Assembly (NCBI GenBank): GCA_963668675.2
Contig: CAXXMB010000002.1
Span: 2,656,001-2,720,000 of the forward strand
Direction: 5' to 3'
Source: an uncultured Desulfatitalea sp.
GTDB lineage: Bacteria > Desulfobacterota > Desulfobacteria > Desulfobacterales > Desulfosarcinaceae
Length of the DNA: 64,000 bases
Of the stretch, positions 50,085 through 59,599 are shown in pieces. The notes below the pieces were generated by a model. It saw only the letters and a program-made list of their open reading frames with translations. It was not told the DNA's origin and searched no databases. Both the position numbers and the translations under genes were made by a program. Position 1 is the stretch's first letter; each line of letters starts with the position of its first letter.

Positions 50085-50111
50085 CGTCATGCCGGACTTG
50101 GTTCGGCATCT
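50085..50111. repeat. Partial family A REP unit
   Basis: CGTCATGCCGGACTTGGTTCGGCATC. Confidence 0.75.
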
Positions 50112-50166
50112 GGGAGACAAATAGAAGCGTTGGGTTTTTCTCAACTTTAATTAGGAAAGAGTGACA

Positions 50167-51510
50167 ATGGCTGGTCCGGAGAAAGAAGACGTTAAAGATG
50201 AAGCCCGGGATGAGGGGATTGAGGTCGGTATTTCGCGGCTGACGCCCGAGCGGATCCAGTCGGTGGTGAACAGTGTGATAGGGGGGGAGGCCGGCGCCCG
50301 TTTCAAGGCCTATGTGCAGACCTGCATTCATTGCGGACTATGTTCGGATGCGTGCCATTTCTATCTCTCAAGGGACAAAGACCCGCGGTTCTCCCCGGTG
50401 GGCAAGCTGAAGCAGACCATCTGGCCCATGATTCAGAAAAAGGGCAAGGTCGACGATCAGTTCATTCGCGACGCGGCCCGTATTGCCCATACAGAGTGCA
50501 ATTTGTGCAAGCGCTGTGTGATGTACTGTCCCTTTGGTATCGATATCGCTTATATGATGAGCATGGTGCGACGTATCATTCACAAACTGGGAGTGACGCC
50601 CCTCTATCTGCAGGACACCGCTCATAGCCACGCCTCCACAATGAACCAGATGTGGGTCAAGGGGGATGAATGGATCGACACCCTGCAGTGGCAGGAGGAG
50701 GAGGCCCGCGAAGAGATCCCCCGTCTGCGCATCCCCCTGGAGAAAGAGGGGGCGGAGATCATGTACTCGGTGATCGCTCCCGAGCCGAAGTTCCAGGCCC
50801 AGTTGATCTACCAGGCGGCGGTGATCATGCATGTGGCCGGCGTCGATTGGACCATGCCGGCGGGTTTGGGCTGGGACAACAGCGACATGGCCATGTACAG
50901 TGGAGACAACGAGATCATGGGGCGGATCAAGCGGACCCACTTCGAGGCCGCCGCTCGCCTGAAGGCCAAGAAGATCGTCATGGGAGAGTGCGGTCACGCC
51001 TTCCGATCCGTCTACGACATGGGCAACCGCTGGCTGGGGTGGGCCATGCCGCCGATTCCCATCGTTCATGCCATCGAGTTCTATCACGACCTGCTCATGG
51101 AGGGCCGGATTCGAATCGTTAAGAAATACGACAAGCCGGTGACCTTGCACGATCCCTGCAACGTTTCGCGCGGCGGCGGTTTGTACGAAAAGGCCCGATA
51201 TGTGGCAAAAGAGATCTGCGAAGAGCTGGTGGAGATGCATCCCAACCGGGAGCACAACTACTGCTGTGCGGCGGGAGGCGGTGTGATCAATTGCGGCCCT
51301 CCCTATAAAAAACAGCGTATGGAGGGCAATCGCGTGAAGGCCGAGCAGCTGTTTGATGCCAAGAGCCGCGGCGCCCAAACCTTGATTGCCCCATGTCACA
51401 ACTGCCACAGCGGTTTGGAGGACATTATTCAACACTATGAGATCGGGCTCGATATCAAGTTTTTCGGCGACATTATTTATGAATGTATGGAAAAGCCTGA
51501 AAACCCTTAG
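50167..51510 (+). CDS. tmcB: Tmc complex cytoplasmic HdrD-like Fe-S subunit
   Basis: CIHCGLCSDAC, CNLCKRC..CP, ECGH, CCAAGG, CHNC. Confidence 0.92.
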   Translation: MAGPEKEDVKDEARDEGIEVGISRLTPERIQSVVNSVIGGEAGARFKAYVQTCIHCGLCSDACHFYLSRDKDPRFSPVGKLKQTIWPMIQKKGKVDDQFIRDAARIAHTECNLCKRCVMYCPFGIDIAYMMSMVRRIIHKLGVTPLYLQDTAHSHASTMNQMWVKGDEWIDTLQWQEEEAREEIPRLRIPLEKEGAEIMYSVIAPEPKFQAQLIYQAAVIMHVAGVDWTMPAGLGWDNSDMAMYSGDNEIMGRIKRTHFEAAARLKAKKIVMGECGHAFRSVYDMGNRWLGWAMPPIPIVHAIEFYHDLLMEGRIRIVKKYDKPVTLHDPCNVSRGGGLYEKARYVAKEICEELVEMHPNREHNYCCAAGGGVINCGPPYKKQRMEGNRVKAEQLFDAKSRGAQTLIAPCHNCHSGLEDIIQHYEIGLDIKFFGDIIYECMEKPENP

Positions 51511-51576
51511 TGTTTGCCGATCTGCAGGAGGCGCACTGTTACGTCACCCCGATGTTGAGGGAAGGAGGGGGGTTGC

Positions 51577-51954
51577 ATGAACAAACCGCTCTTTTGGAGT
51601 GTGATTATACTTTCGGTGGTCCTGGTGGTCTGCGCCTTCGGTCAGGAGGATATGCAGTTCGTCGATAACAGCGCCTTTGAGAATCCCCAGCGCGCCCCGG
51701 CGCTGTTCGAGCACGACGCCCACAATGAGGCAGCTGGCCTGGACGACTGTGCCGAGTGTCATCATCTCTATGATGACGACGGCCAGAAGCTGGAGGATGA
51801 ATCTTCGGAAGACCAGATGTGTGCCGATTGTCATCAGCCCAAGGACGATGGCCGCAAACCCGGACTGCGCAAGGCATTTCATGCCAACTGTAAAGGATGT
51901 CATTTAGCGGAGCAAAAAGGTCCCATCGCCTGTGCGCAGTGCCATGTGCGATAG
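51577..51954 (+). CDS. tmcA: Acidic tetraheme type II cytochrome c3
   Basis: Signal peptide, FEHDAHN, four CxxCH motifs, acidic composition. Confidence 0.92.
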   Translation: MNKPLFWSVIILSVVLVVCAFGQEDMQFVDNSAFENPQRAPALFEHDAHNEAAGLDDCAECHHLYDDDGQKLEDESSEDQMCADCHQPKDDGRKPGLRKAFHANCKGCHLAEQKGPIACAQCHVR

Positions 51955-51971
51955 GTAGGGGGAGAGACGAT

Positions 51972-52322
51972 ATGCCGAAGAAAATACTGATTATCGACGA
52001 CGATCCGGTAGTGGTGAAGTATTTGAAAAATTTGTTCGAAGACAACGGCTATGCCACGTGTGAAGCCAATAGCAGTGCAGAGGGGCTTCAACTGGTGCAA
52101 GCTGAAAGGCCGGACCTGATCACGCTGGACCTGGAGATGCCAGGGGAGTGGGGGCCGCGCTTCTATCGCAAACTGAGGCAGAACAAGACACTGCGTGAGA
52201 CGCCCGTAATTGTGATCAGTGGTATCGATGGGGATCATGCCGTTAAGGATGCTGTGGCCTTCGTGGCCAAGCCCTTTGACCCCGACAAGTTGCTGGGCAT
52301 CGTCAAAAAGACCATCGGATGA
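51972..52322 (+). CDS. Single-domain response regulator (DVU0259-like)
   Basis: LIIDDD, TLDLEMPGEWGPRFYRK, KPFDP; directly after tmcA. Confidence 0.9.
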   Translation: MPKKILIIDDDPVVVKYLKNLFEDNGYATCEANSSAEGLQLVQAERPDLITLDLEMPGEWGPRFYRKLRQNKTLRETPVIVISGIDGDHAVKDAVAFVAKPFDPDKLLGIVKKTIG

Positions 52323-52363
52323 TCCAGTAGACATCCTGAATGGCCTCAATATCGCCGGTGGGT

Positions 52364-54178
52364 TCAAGGTGTATGTCCGGCATTGCTATTTTCCCTGTAG
52401 ACAGCTTCAAAAAGCCGCGCCATATCCCGAACGGTTTTCTCAATTGAAAATCGGGAGAGGGCATGCTGCCTGGCCATTCGGCCCTGTTTTTCCCTGCGGT
52501 CATCGTCGCAGGCGAGCGCCGTAATGGCCGCAGAGATGGCGCCGGGGCTCTCCACCGGGAGCAGCACGGCCGCGTCACCGACCAGGTTTGGGATAGGGCC
52601 GGAGGCGACGGCGAGGACCGGAAGGCCGAAGGCCATGGCCTTTTTCAATATAAGACCGGACGGTGTGTTTCTGGCCGGGGAAGGGATGCTCGGCATAAGG
52701 AAGATATCTGCGGCATTGAAGAGGTTGCCGGGACGCATCCCGTTGCAGAAACGGAACAGCGATCGCATCCCCATCTCCTCTATGCGCTTTTCGATGCACT
52801 TCAGTTCTGACCCCTCTGCGGCAACAAGGTAGCGGATATTGGCTTTTATTGCGCCGCCGGCCATCTGAATCAGTTTGGCCGCATAAACGAGATCGCCGAT
52901 GCCGTTCTCCCAGACGGTATCGCCGGCGTACAGAACGATCTTTGCAGATGGTTCGATTTTCAATTCATGGCGTATACGCACTCTGGCGGCACCGTCCTGT
53001 GCAATTTCGCTGAAATTGACGCCCATGGGAATGACGGCGATCTTTTCCCGGGGAACCCCCTCAATCAGGAGCGCATCCCTGGCCTCTTCCGATTCGGCCA
53101 CAAAAACATCCACCATCTCCCTGCTTGCGTGCTTGAGTTTTCTGAGCGCCTCGTTCTCTTCATGGGCAAAGGGGATGACTTCCCTCTGCAGCGCCACCGC
53201 CGCCTTGCCGAATTTTTCTTTGGCCATGATGGCTTGATAGGCATACGGCCAGACGATCTCCGGGACGTATACGATGTCCGTATCGAAAAGGGCGTACTCG
53301 AGGCCTGCCATGGCCGTGGCTACCCTCGGATCTTTGGGGAGACATACGATGGGCGGATCGCTCTTCCCGGTATCTTCCGCAGGTTGACGGGTTGTATAGA
53401 CCGTTATGTCAAACATCTCCTGCAGTGGTGCGAGGGCATGGATTTCGGACATGTTGAGATGCGGTCCCCGAACGACCGCAACGCGCGGTTTTCCCGAAGC
53501 GTGCTCCGGCAGAAGATAGGGTGGAACATGCTTCCCCACCCTCGCCTTTTCCGGTACGGGTTGGAAGTCGTAGTCTCGGAAAACAAGGTCTTCGGACCTG
53601 TTGACGAGGCTTCCGGATATCTCCGAATACTTCTGCGCCTTTTCAAGAAAGCGGGACCTGTTCAAAAAGCCATAGTGGACCACGTAAGCATTCCAATCCA
53701 GTATGGTTCCGGAAAACCCGGTTAAGGATTCATGGATGGCAGATTGCCACTTTATGGCGCTGCGATTTCGCCAGATTCTCGGCGTTGATTCGAACGTGTC
53801 GGCGCTTTTGGAGAAAAAGCTTTCGTTGCCTACCAGGTTGCATTGCCTCACCCGGTAAGCTTCAACCTCTTCGGGGGTGCGGTTCAGCAGCGCGCTTATC
53901 TCCTCTTCAAAGGCAAGGGCGAAGGCTTCGTCGGCATCGAGGCGGATGACCCAGTCGCCCGAGCAGTGCTGCAGTGAAACCTGGCGTTGATGCCCAAAGT
54001 GGCCCTCCCATGGATGGCGGACGACCTTTACCTTGGGGTGGGCCTGGAGAATTTCAATGGTTCTGTCCATACTGCCGCCATCGACAACCACGATCTCATC
54101 CGCAAAGCGGCATGAACTTAGTGCTCTTGCGATGAACTGTTCTTCGTTCAATACGATCATGGATATGGAAATTTTCAT
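52364..54178 (-). CDS. GT2-GT4 glycosyltransferase fusion
   Basis: N-terminal VVVDGGSMD..LDADE..IHE (GT2); C-terminal VIPMGV..ADIFLMPS..AMAFGLPV (GT4-like). Confidence 0.85.
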   Translation of the reverse strand: MKISISMIVLNEEQFIARALSSCRFADEIVVVDGGSMDRTIEILQAHPKVKVVRHPWEGHFGHQRQVSLQHCSGDWVIRLDADEAFALAFEEEISALLNRTPEEVEAYRVRQCNLVGNESFFSKSADTFESTPRIWRNRSAIKWQSAIHESLTGFSGTILDWNAYVVHYGFLNRSRFLEKAQKYSEISGSLVNRSEDLVFRDYDFQPVPEKARVGKHVPPYLLPEHASGKPRVAVVRGPHLNMSEIHALAPLQEMFDITVYTTRQPAEDTGKSDPPIVCLPKDPRVATAMAGLEYALFDTDIVYVPEIVWPYAYQAIMAKEKFGKAAVALQREVIPFAHEENEALRKLKHASREMVDVFVAESEEARDALLIEGVPREKIAVIPMGVNFSEIAQDGAARVRIRHELKIEPSAKIVLYAGDTVWENGIGDLVYAAKLIQMAGGAIKANIRYLVAAEGSELKCIEKRIEEMGMRSLFRFCNGMRPGNLFNAADIFLMPSIPSPARNTPSGLILKKAMAFGLPVLAVASGPIPNLVGDAAVLLPVESPGAISAAITALACDDDRREKQGRMARQHALSRFSIEKTVRDMARLFEAVYRENSNAGHTP

Positions 54179-54302
54179 ACGTCGCTGTCCCGATTGGTAT
54201 GCGGAAATCTCTTCTGCATTGATCGAACGATCATAGCATCGATCGAACCGGCACCACAACGTCCAATACGGTGGTTATGGGAACGTAATCGTCCGCGGCG
54301 GT

Positions 54303-54743
54303 CTATTTTTGGGAGCTGCGGATACAGTTTTTGCAGATGCCGTCGACGCGGACCTCCACCCTGTCGATCTGGCCCGGAAAGGTTTTCCACAGGTTCCCTG
54401 TATCGATATTGAGGCTCTCAGGATGGAGGCAGTTCATCTGTCCACAGCGTTTGCAGTAAAAGTGGGGGTGGGGGCGATGGTGGTCGTTGGGAGCCAATCC
54501 GAAGCAGGCGGCCCGTCCGCCGGTACTGATGCGTTCGACCACTCCATGGTCGACCAGCAGATCGAGAATCCGATAGACGGTCACCCGGTTGATCGAACTG
54601 CTGCGTTCCAAAGTGCGAAAGATGTCGCCGGCCGAGAGCGGGAAACTGTTGTTGCCGACCACTTCGAGAACCCGCAGGCGGTTATCCGTGGCTTCCAGTT
54701 GGGCGGCTGCCAACAGGGCGTTGTAGTCGCATTGGTGGCACAT
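54303..54743 (-). CDS. zur: Fur-family regulator, probable Zur
   Basis: TVYRIL, HHRPHPHFYCKRC, GICKNC; last gene of the znu operon. Confidence 0.85.
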   Translation of the reverse strand: MCHQCDYNALLAAAQLEATDNRLRVLEVVGNNSFPLSAGDIFRTLERSSSINRVTVYRILDLLVDHGVVERISTGGRAACFGLAPNDHHRPHPHFYCKRCGQMNCLHPESLNIDTGNLWKTFPGQIDRVEVRVDGICKNCIRSSQK

Positions 54744-54783
54744 GGCGCTCCTTGATCATGCGCTGGACGGATATGGCGCCGAC

Positions 54784-55623
54784 TCAGCGCTGTTGCTTTG
54801 ATTTCGATGCCTGCCGTCTCAGTCGGTCGATCACCAACGAGATAAAGAAGGCGATCCCGGAGACCAGAATAATTGCGGCCCCCGATGTGAGATTGAACCG
54901 ATAGGCGAACCAGAGGCCGGAAACGGTAAAAAGCGCGCCCAGCGCACTGGAGCCGAGCATCATTTGGGCCAGGGATTTGGCATACTTCTCAACAATGAAC
55001 GGCGGAATGGTCAACAGGGCGATCACCAGGATCAAACCCACCACCTGAATGACCATTACAATGGTAACCGCCAGCATGCCGATCATCCCGAAGTAGAGTC
55101 TTTTGACCGGCACGCCCCTGATCTGGGCAAACTCTTCGTCGTAGGAGAGCACCAACAGATCTTTGTAGTAGTACACCACCGCTAGGGTGATGAACAGGCC
55201 GATCGCCGCCATGATGTAAAGGTCCGATGCTGGAACGGTCAGAATACTGCCGAAGAGGTAGCTCATCAGATCCACATTGTAGCCGGGAGTCAGGTCTATC
55301 AGGATGACGCCCAAGGCCATGCCGAGGGCCCATATGACGCCGATGATCGTGTCGGCGCGATGCCTGGCCCGTAAGCTGATGGCGGCCATCAGCATGGCGG
55401 CCGCCAAGGAAAAACCCGCCGTTCCCAGAAGATAGGGCCAGCCGAAGTAGAAGGCCAGTCCGATGCCGCCATAGGCGGCGTGGGCTATGCCGCCCGAGAG
55501 AAAGACAATGCGATTGACCACCACCAAGGTGCCCATAATCCCGCAGATGATGCTGGCCAGAAAGCCGGCCACCAGGGCGTGGCGCATGAATTCGAACTCA
55601 AGGGCCTCGATCATTCCCATCAC
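54784..55623 (-). CDS. znuB: Zn/Mn ABC transporter permease
   Basis: GIAHAAYGG, YLFGSIL, VVGLILVIALL. Confidence 0.9.
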   Translation of the reverse strand: MMGMIEALEFEFMRHALVAGFLASIICGIMGTLVVVNRIVFLSGGIAHAAYGGIGLAFYFGWPYLLGTAGFSLAAAMLMAAISLRARHRADTIIGVIWALGMALGVILIDLTPGYNVDLMSYLFGSILTVPASDLYIMAAIGLFITLAVVYYYKDLLVLSYDEEFAQIRGVPVKRLYFGMIGMLAVTIVMVIQVVGLILVIALLTIPPFIVEKYAKSLAQMMLGSSALGALFTVSGLWFAYRFNLTSGAAIILVSGIAFFISLVIDRLRRQASKSKQQR

Positions 55624-56396
55624 TCCTTGTGGTCCATCAGGACACGATGCGGCAGGCCGTGGGCCACCAGTTCAACGGGGCACACCTCTTCGGCTGTGCA
55701 AGGGTACATGGTTTCGAGCATATCGCCAGTGATTTCAGCCTGGTCATGGTAGTGCACTCTTCGGTTTACGCAAGAGACCGATTTGATATAGCGTGAGATG
55801 ACGAGTAGATCATGACTGACCACCACAATGGTGATTTTATCATTGAGTTCCTTGAGCAGCCTGTAGAAATCGGCCTGGCCCTTGGTGTCGATGCCGGCAG
55901 TCGGTTCGTCGAGCAACAGCAGTTTGGGGTCGCTCACCAGTGCACGGGCGATAAAAACCCGCTGGCGCTGCCCGCCGGAAAGCTCCCCGATCCGCTTGTG
56001 CGCATTCGCCTCCATTTCAAGATGCGCCAGGGCAGCCATCGCCTCGCTCTGGTCGCTGGTCGACCGGCGTGTCCAGCGCTTGCGGGGATCGAGTTTCCCC
56101 ATCAGGACCACATCCAGGGCCGTGACGGGAAAGCTGTTGTTGATGTGTACATTCTGGGGCACATACCCGACTGAGGAGGATGCCTTTCGCGCCGATCGGC
56201 CGAATACCCTGATGTCACCCGTGTCCGGCTTGAGCAATCCCAGCATCAATCTCAACAGAGTGGTTTTGCCGCCGCCGTTGGGGCCGATCATGGCCATGAA
56301 CTCACCCGGCTGGATCGCCAGGTTGACCTCCTCCAACACCGCATCGCCGTTGTAGGCGAAGCTGACATTTTCGATTTCGACAATTGGGGTATTCAC
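55620..56396 (-). CDS. znuC: Zn/Mn ABC transporter ATPase
   Basis: GPNGGGKT, LSGGQRQR, LLLDEP, VSHD. Confidence 0.92.
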   Translation of the reverse strand: MNTPIVEIENVSFAYNGDAVLEEVNLAIQPGEFMAMIGPNGGGKTTLLRLMLGLLKPDTGDIRVFGRSARKASSSVGYVPQNVHINNSFPVTALDVVLMGKLDPRKRWTRRSTSDQSEAMAALAHLEMEANAHKRIGELSGGQRQRVFIARALVSDPKLLLLDEPTAGIDTKGQADFYRLLKELNDKITIVVVSHDLLVISRYIKSVSCVNRRVHYHDQAEITGDMLETMYPCTAEEVCPVELVAHGLPHRVLMDHKE

Positions 56397-56406
56397 ATTT
56401 GGTATC

Positions 56407-57300
56407 CTATCTTAATGCCGCCTTGAATTTGTTGGCCACCTCATACAGGTTCGCCTTCCAGTCTGACGCTAGCGGATCGGCAAAAGCCACCTGGCCACCG
56501 ATCGCCTTGGCAATCAGGGCTGCGCTCTTGGTCGAAAATTGGGGTTGGACGAAGATCACCTGGATGCGCTCCTCTCTGGCATGTTTGATCATCTCTTTCA
56601 ACTGGCCCGGTTTGGGGGTTTTGCCTTCGATCTCAATGGGGATCTGCTCGAGTCCATACGCCTTTGCGAAGTAACCCCAGGAGGGGTGAAATACCATGAA
56701 GCGGAGCCCCTGCTTTCCCTCAAGTATTTCTTTTAACTTAGCGTCCAGGGCGCCGATTTGGGAAACAAACTCCTGGTAGTTGGCCTCATACACTTCGTGA
56801 TGGGTCGGATCCACAGTCTGAAGGGCGGTTCGTATCACACCGGCCTGAATTTTTACCAGCGGGGGCGACAGCCATATGTGCGGATCGTCGCCGCCTGGGG
56901 CAGCCCCCCCCTCTTCATGCACGTGGCGCTCCTTCTCATGGTGGTGATGCGCTGTCATGGTCAGCTTCTCGATCCCCTGATCGGTATGCACCATAACCAT
57001 CCCGGGATTGGCGGCGCTGATTTTGGGCAGCCACACCCGTTCAAACGGTACGCCAATGGCAAAGTAAATTTTGGTCCGGGAGAGCCGGGCCATCTGCTTC
57101 GGCTTGGGTTCGTAGGTGGCAGGGCTGGCCCCCGGATGCACCATCACCTCGACGGATACCAGTTCCTTGCCAATTTGTTGCACGAAGTATCGCTGGGGTT
57201 CGATACTGACATAGACGGTCAGCTTTTCTGAAGCGAGCACGACGTTTGAGCCAGCCAATATGAATAGTGTCACAAATAGAGTGATTAGCCGCATTCGCAT
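56407..57300 (-). CDS. znuA: Zn ABC transporter substrate-binding protein
   Basis: Signal peptide, His-rich loop HHHHEKERHVH, DPHIWLSP, FHPSWGYF; start could be 57336. Confidence 0.9.
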   Translation of the reverse strand: MRMRLITLFVTLFILAGSNVVLASEKLTVYVSIEPQRYFVQQIGKELVSVEVMVHPGASPATYEPKPKQMARLSRTKIYFAIGVPFERVWLPKISAANPGMVMVHTDQGIEKLTMTAHHHHEKERHVHEEGGAAPGGDDPHIWLSPPLVKIQAGVIRTALQTVDPTHHEVYEANYQEFVSQIGALDAKLKEILEGKQGLRFMVFHPSWGYFAKAYGLEQIPIEIEGKTPKPGQLKEMIKHAREERIQVIFVQPQFSTKSAALIAKAIGGQVAFADPLASDWKANLYEVANKFKAALR

Positions 57301-57367
57301 GACGCTCGCCTTTGCAGTGATTGGGTCTGTTTTCATAGGGGCACGCGTGAACATCTGAACAACACCT

Positions 57368-57384
57368 GTGCAACTATATTGCAT
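57368..57384. promoter_or_regulatory. Candidate Zur operator
   Basis: GTGCAACTATATTGCAT upstream of znuA, close to the ATGCAAC-N3-GTTGCAT motif I recall for Desulfovibrio Zur. Confidence 0.7.
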
Positions 57385-57531
57385 GAAATGGGAGGATGCA
57401 ACAGGTCTCCTGCGATATCAATCCTATTTGCAAAGGAAGCACTTTGCCGGCAGGAACCAGCGGCGTGGGCTGATGGTTGAATTGACATCACGAAACGAAA
57501 GCTTACTGATATCCAAGGAGGTAAGCGCGAT

Positions 57532-58014
57532 ATGAAATCAGTTTGGCAAAAGACAATGTTCGTTACCATCGTTCTCTCCGGGTTGCAGTTGAGCTGCGCC
57601 GGCAAACCCCCAGCCGTCATCGGTGTCACCGGCGGAAGACTGGCGCCGTGCCCTGATCGCCCCAATTGCGTCTCCAGTATGGCGGTGGACGACAAAGAGC
57701 ACTATGTCGAGCCATTCGCCTATTCGATAGAGAAACGCCAGGCACGCCAAGTGTTGCAGCAAGTGGTCGTTTCCCAGGATAGGGCAACCATCGTCGATCA
57801 GTCGGACGAATACCTGCGGCTTCAATTCAAAAGCAGGATTTTTCGGTTTGTCGATGACGTGGAGTTCTATTTCCCTCGAAATGAATCCTTGATCCACGTC
57901 AGGTCGGCTTCCCGGGTGGGCCACTCCGATATGGGCGTAAACAGAAAGCGCATTGAGCGGATACGATCGCAGTTCCGTGAGGCAGCGGACAGGATTATGG
58001 AGAAAATGAATTGA
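57532..58014 (+). CDS. DUF1499 family lipoprotein
   Basis: LAPCPDRPNCVSS, FVDDVEF, RSASRVGHSDMGVNRKR. Confidence 0.9.
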   Translation: MKSVWQKTMFVTIVLSGLQLSCAGKPPAVIGVTGGRLAPCPDRPNCVSSMAVDDKEHYVEPFAYSIEKRQARQVLQQVVVSQDRATIVDQSDEYLRLQFKSRIFRFVDDVEFYFPRNESLIHVRSASRVGHSDMGVNRKRIERIRSQFREAADRIMEKMN

Positions 58015-58724
58015 TGACGAGAAGTTACATTTCAAGTGTTCGCTATAAAGCAGTTGCACTCCTTCTCTTTTTCCTGAGCGTGGCGTTTGCGGGACCCGTG
58101 CCGACCGCTTGCGCCAATGAAGAAGCGTGGCAGCATATCGGTGATTATGAAGGCGTGGCGCTCTATCGCTCCGTGTATGAAACGGAAGAGGTACTGCCAT
58201 TTAAAGCTGTAGCCGTGCTGGATATCCCCTTCGACAAGATCGTCATGGCCCTGGTGGATGCCGAGCGCAAAGCGGACTGGGCCCCCAAACTCAAAGCCAC
58301 CGCCATACACACCCGGATATCCCCAAACCGCTTCGAGTACAGCGAGTACTACCAAACGCCCTGGCCGTTTAAGGACAGGGAGTTTCTGCTGGCCGGCATC
58401 GTAGAGTACCGCCAGGATCGTATCGTGTTTGCCGCCGAGAATTCGACCAACGGAGCGTTGGCAAGAAAGGATCATCTCCGGGCCAACATTCAGACGCTGA
58501 CCTTTGACGTGGTTCCCATTTCAGCGGGCCGTACCGAGGTGGCCTTCACCTTCTCGGGTGATTTGGGCGGATGGATACCGGCCTTCGTCAAAACCATTAT
58601 CCAGAAGAAGTGGCCGGTGCGCTTTATCCAGTCGATGAAGCAGTACATCGCCAGCAATGATTCCCTTGAGACGGAAAGGTACCGCTCCCTCGAGAAGACG
58701 ACAGTTGTCTTTCAGCAGCCCTGA
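58011..58724 (+). CDS. Exported START-domain (lipid-binding) protein
   Basis: Signal peptide, PWPFKDREF, DLGGWIPAF. Confidence 0.8.
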   Translation: MMTRSYISSVRYKAVALLLFFLSVAFAGPVPTACANEEAWQHIGDYEGVALYRSVYETEEVLPFKAVAVLDIPFDKIVMALVDAERKADWAPKLKATAIHTRISPNRFEYSEYYQTPWPFKDREFLLAGIVEYRQDRIVFAAENSTNGALARKDHLRANIQTLTFDVVPISAGRTEVAFTFSGDLGGWIPAFVKTIIQKKWPVRFIQSMKQYIASNDSLETERYRSLEKTTVVFQQP

Positions 58725-58984
58725 GGCGTTGTTGCCGCCCGAAACCACTATTGTAAGGGGCGACAGGGAATAAGGCTTTCGGGTTTGAAGCGGGTTCCGT
58801 TGTCCCCACCCAAGGCTTAAAGATGCGGCATTAGGGAGTTTTGAAGAACTGGTGCGGCTGAAATATGCGGATGTTGGCATCTGTAATCTCCACGAAGTAG
58901 CCAAAATTTTTCAGATATGCTTCCACGGCCGCATCTGGGGGGCGTTGTCCTGGATGCGGGATTTGTTGACAACACCTGCCATCC

Positions 58985-59599
58985 TCACGCAAAAAGATAC
59001 CGCACCAGCATCTCTTGAAGGGCCTTGACCAATCGCTCTTGTCCAACTGGAGCGTCGAAGATTACGGCCCGATGTGAGACCTCTTCGATGGCGTAGTAAA
59101 CCAACTCGACCGCCGCTTCCAGGTCCTGGATGCGGTAGGCATCGCGCATCGGGCCCAGGAAGTCCGAAAGGGCGGCCAGCAACCGTGTTTCCCTCTCCCT
59201 GGCCCAGGCGGCCACGTCCGGATCGCTCATCTGCATGGCCAGCACCTCGCGGTGAAAGGCGCTGTCACGGTTGTGGGATGTTACCGCGTGGCTGATAATG
59301 GCGGTAAGGATCTCCCGCTCTGACCGTCCCTCCCTTCGCATCTGCCAACCGAATTCAAAGATGCGCCCGCCCAGTCGCGCCTCCATCCGGTGGCATACCG
59401 CCATGAATGCCGCCTTTTTGTCGCGAAAGTAGCGGTAGAACGAACCGGTGGCCACGCCTGCATGGGCGGCAATCGCCTTGGCAGTTGTCCCGTGATACCC
59501 ATGGGCGGCAAAGAGTTCCAGGGCCGCATCCAGGATGAGGCCTTTTTTCTCGTCGGCGCGTTTTTGCTTGGGGCGGTATTCGCCATTATGCCAATTCAT
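58985..59599 (-). CDS. TetR/AcrR family regulator
   Basis: ILDAALELF..GYHGTT..IAAHAGVATGSFYRYF; ATGA overlap with the upstream methyltransferase. Confidence 0.92.
   Translation of the reverse strand: MNWHNGEYRPKQKRADEKKGLILDAALELFAAHGYHGTTAKAIAAHAGVATGSFYRYFRDKKAAFMAVCHRMEARLGGRIFEFGWQMRREGRSEREILTAIISHAVTSHNRDSAFHREVLAMQMSDPDVAAWARERETRLLAALSDFLGPMRDAYRIQDLEAAVELVYYAIEEVSHRAVIFDAPVGQERLVKALQEMLVRYLFA

Noticed and set aside
58831..58940. Short minus-strand frame ending HQFFKTP with GGGAGTTTTGAAGAA, like an IS end
   Set aside because: No transposase motif, partner inverted repeat or target duplication is visible.
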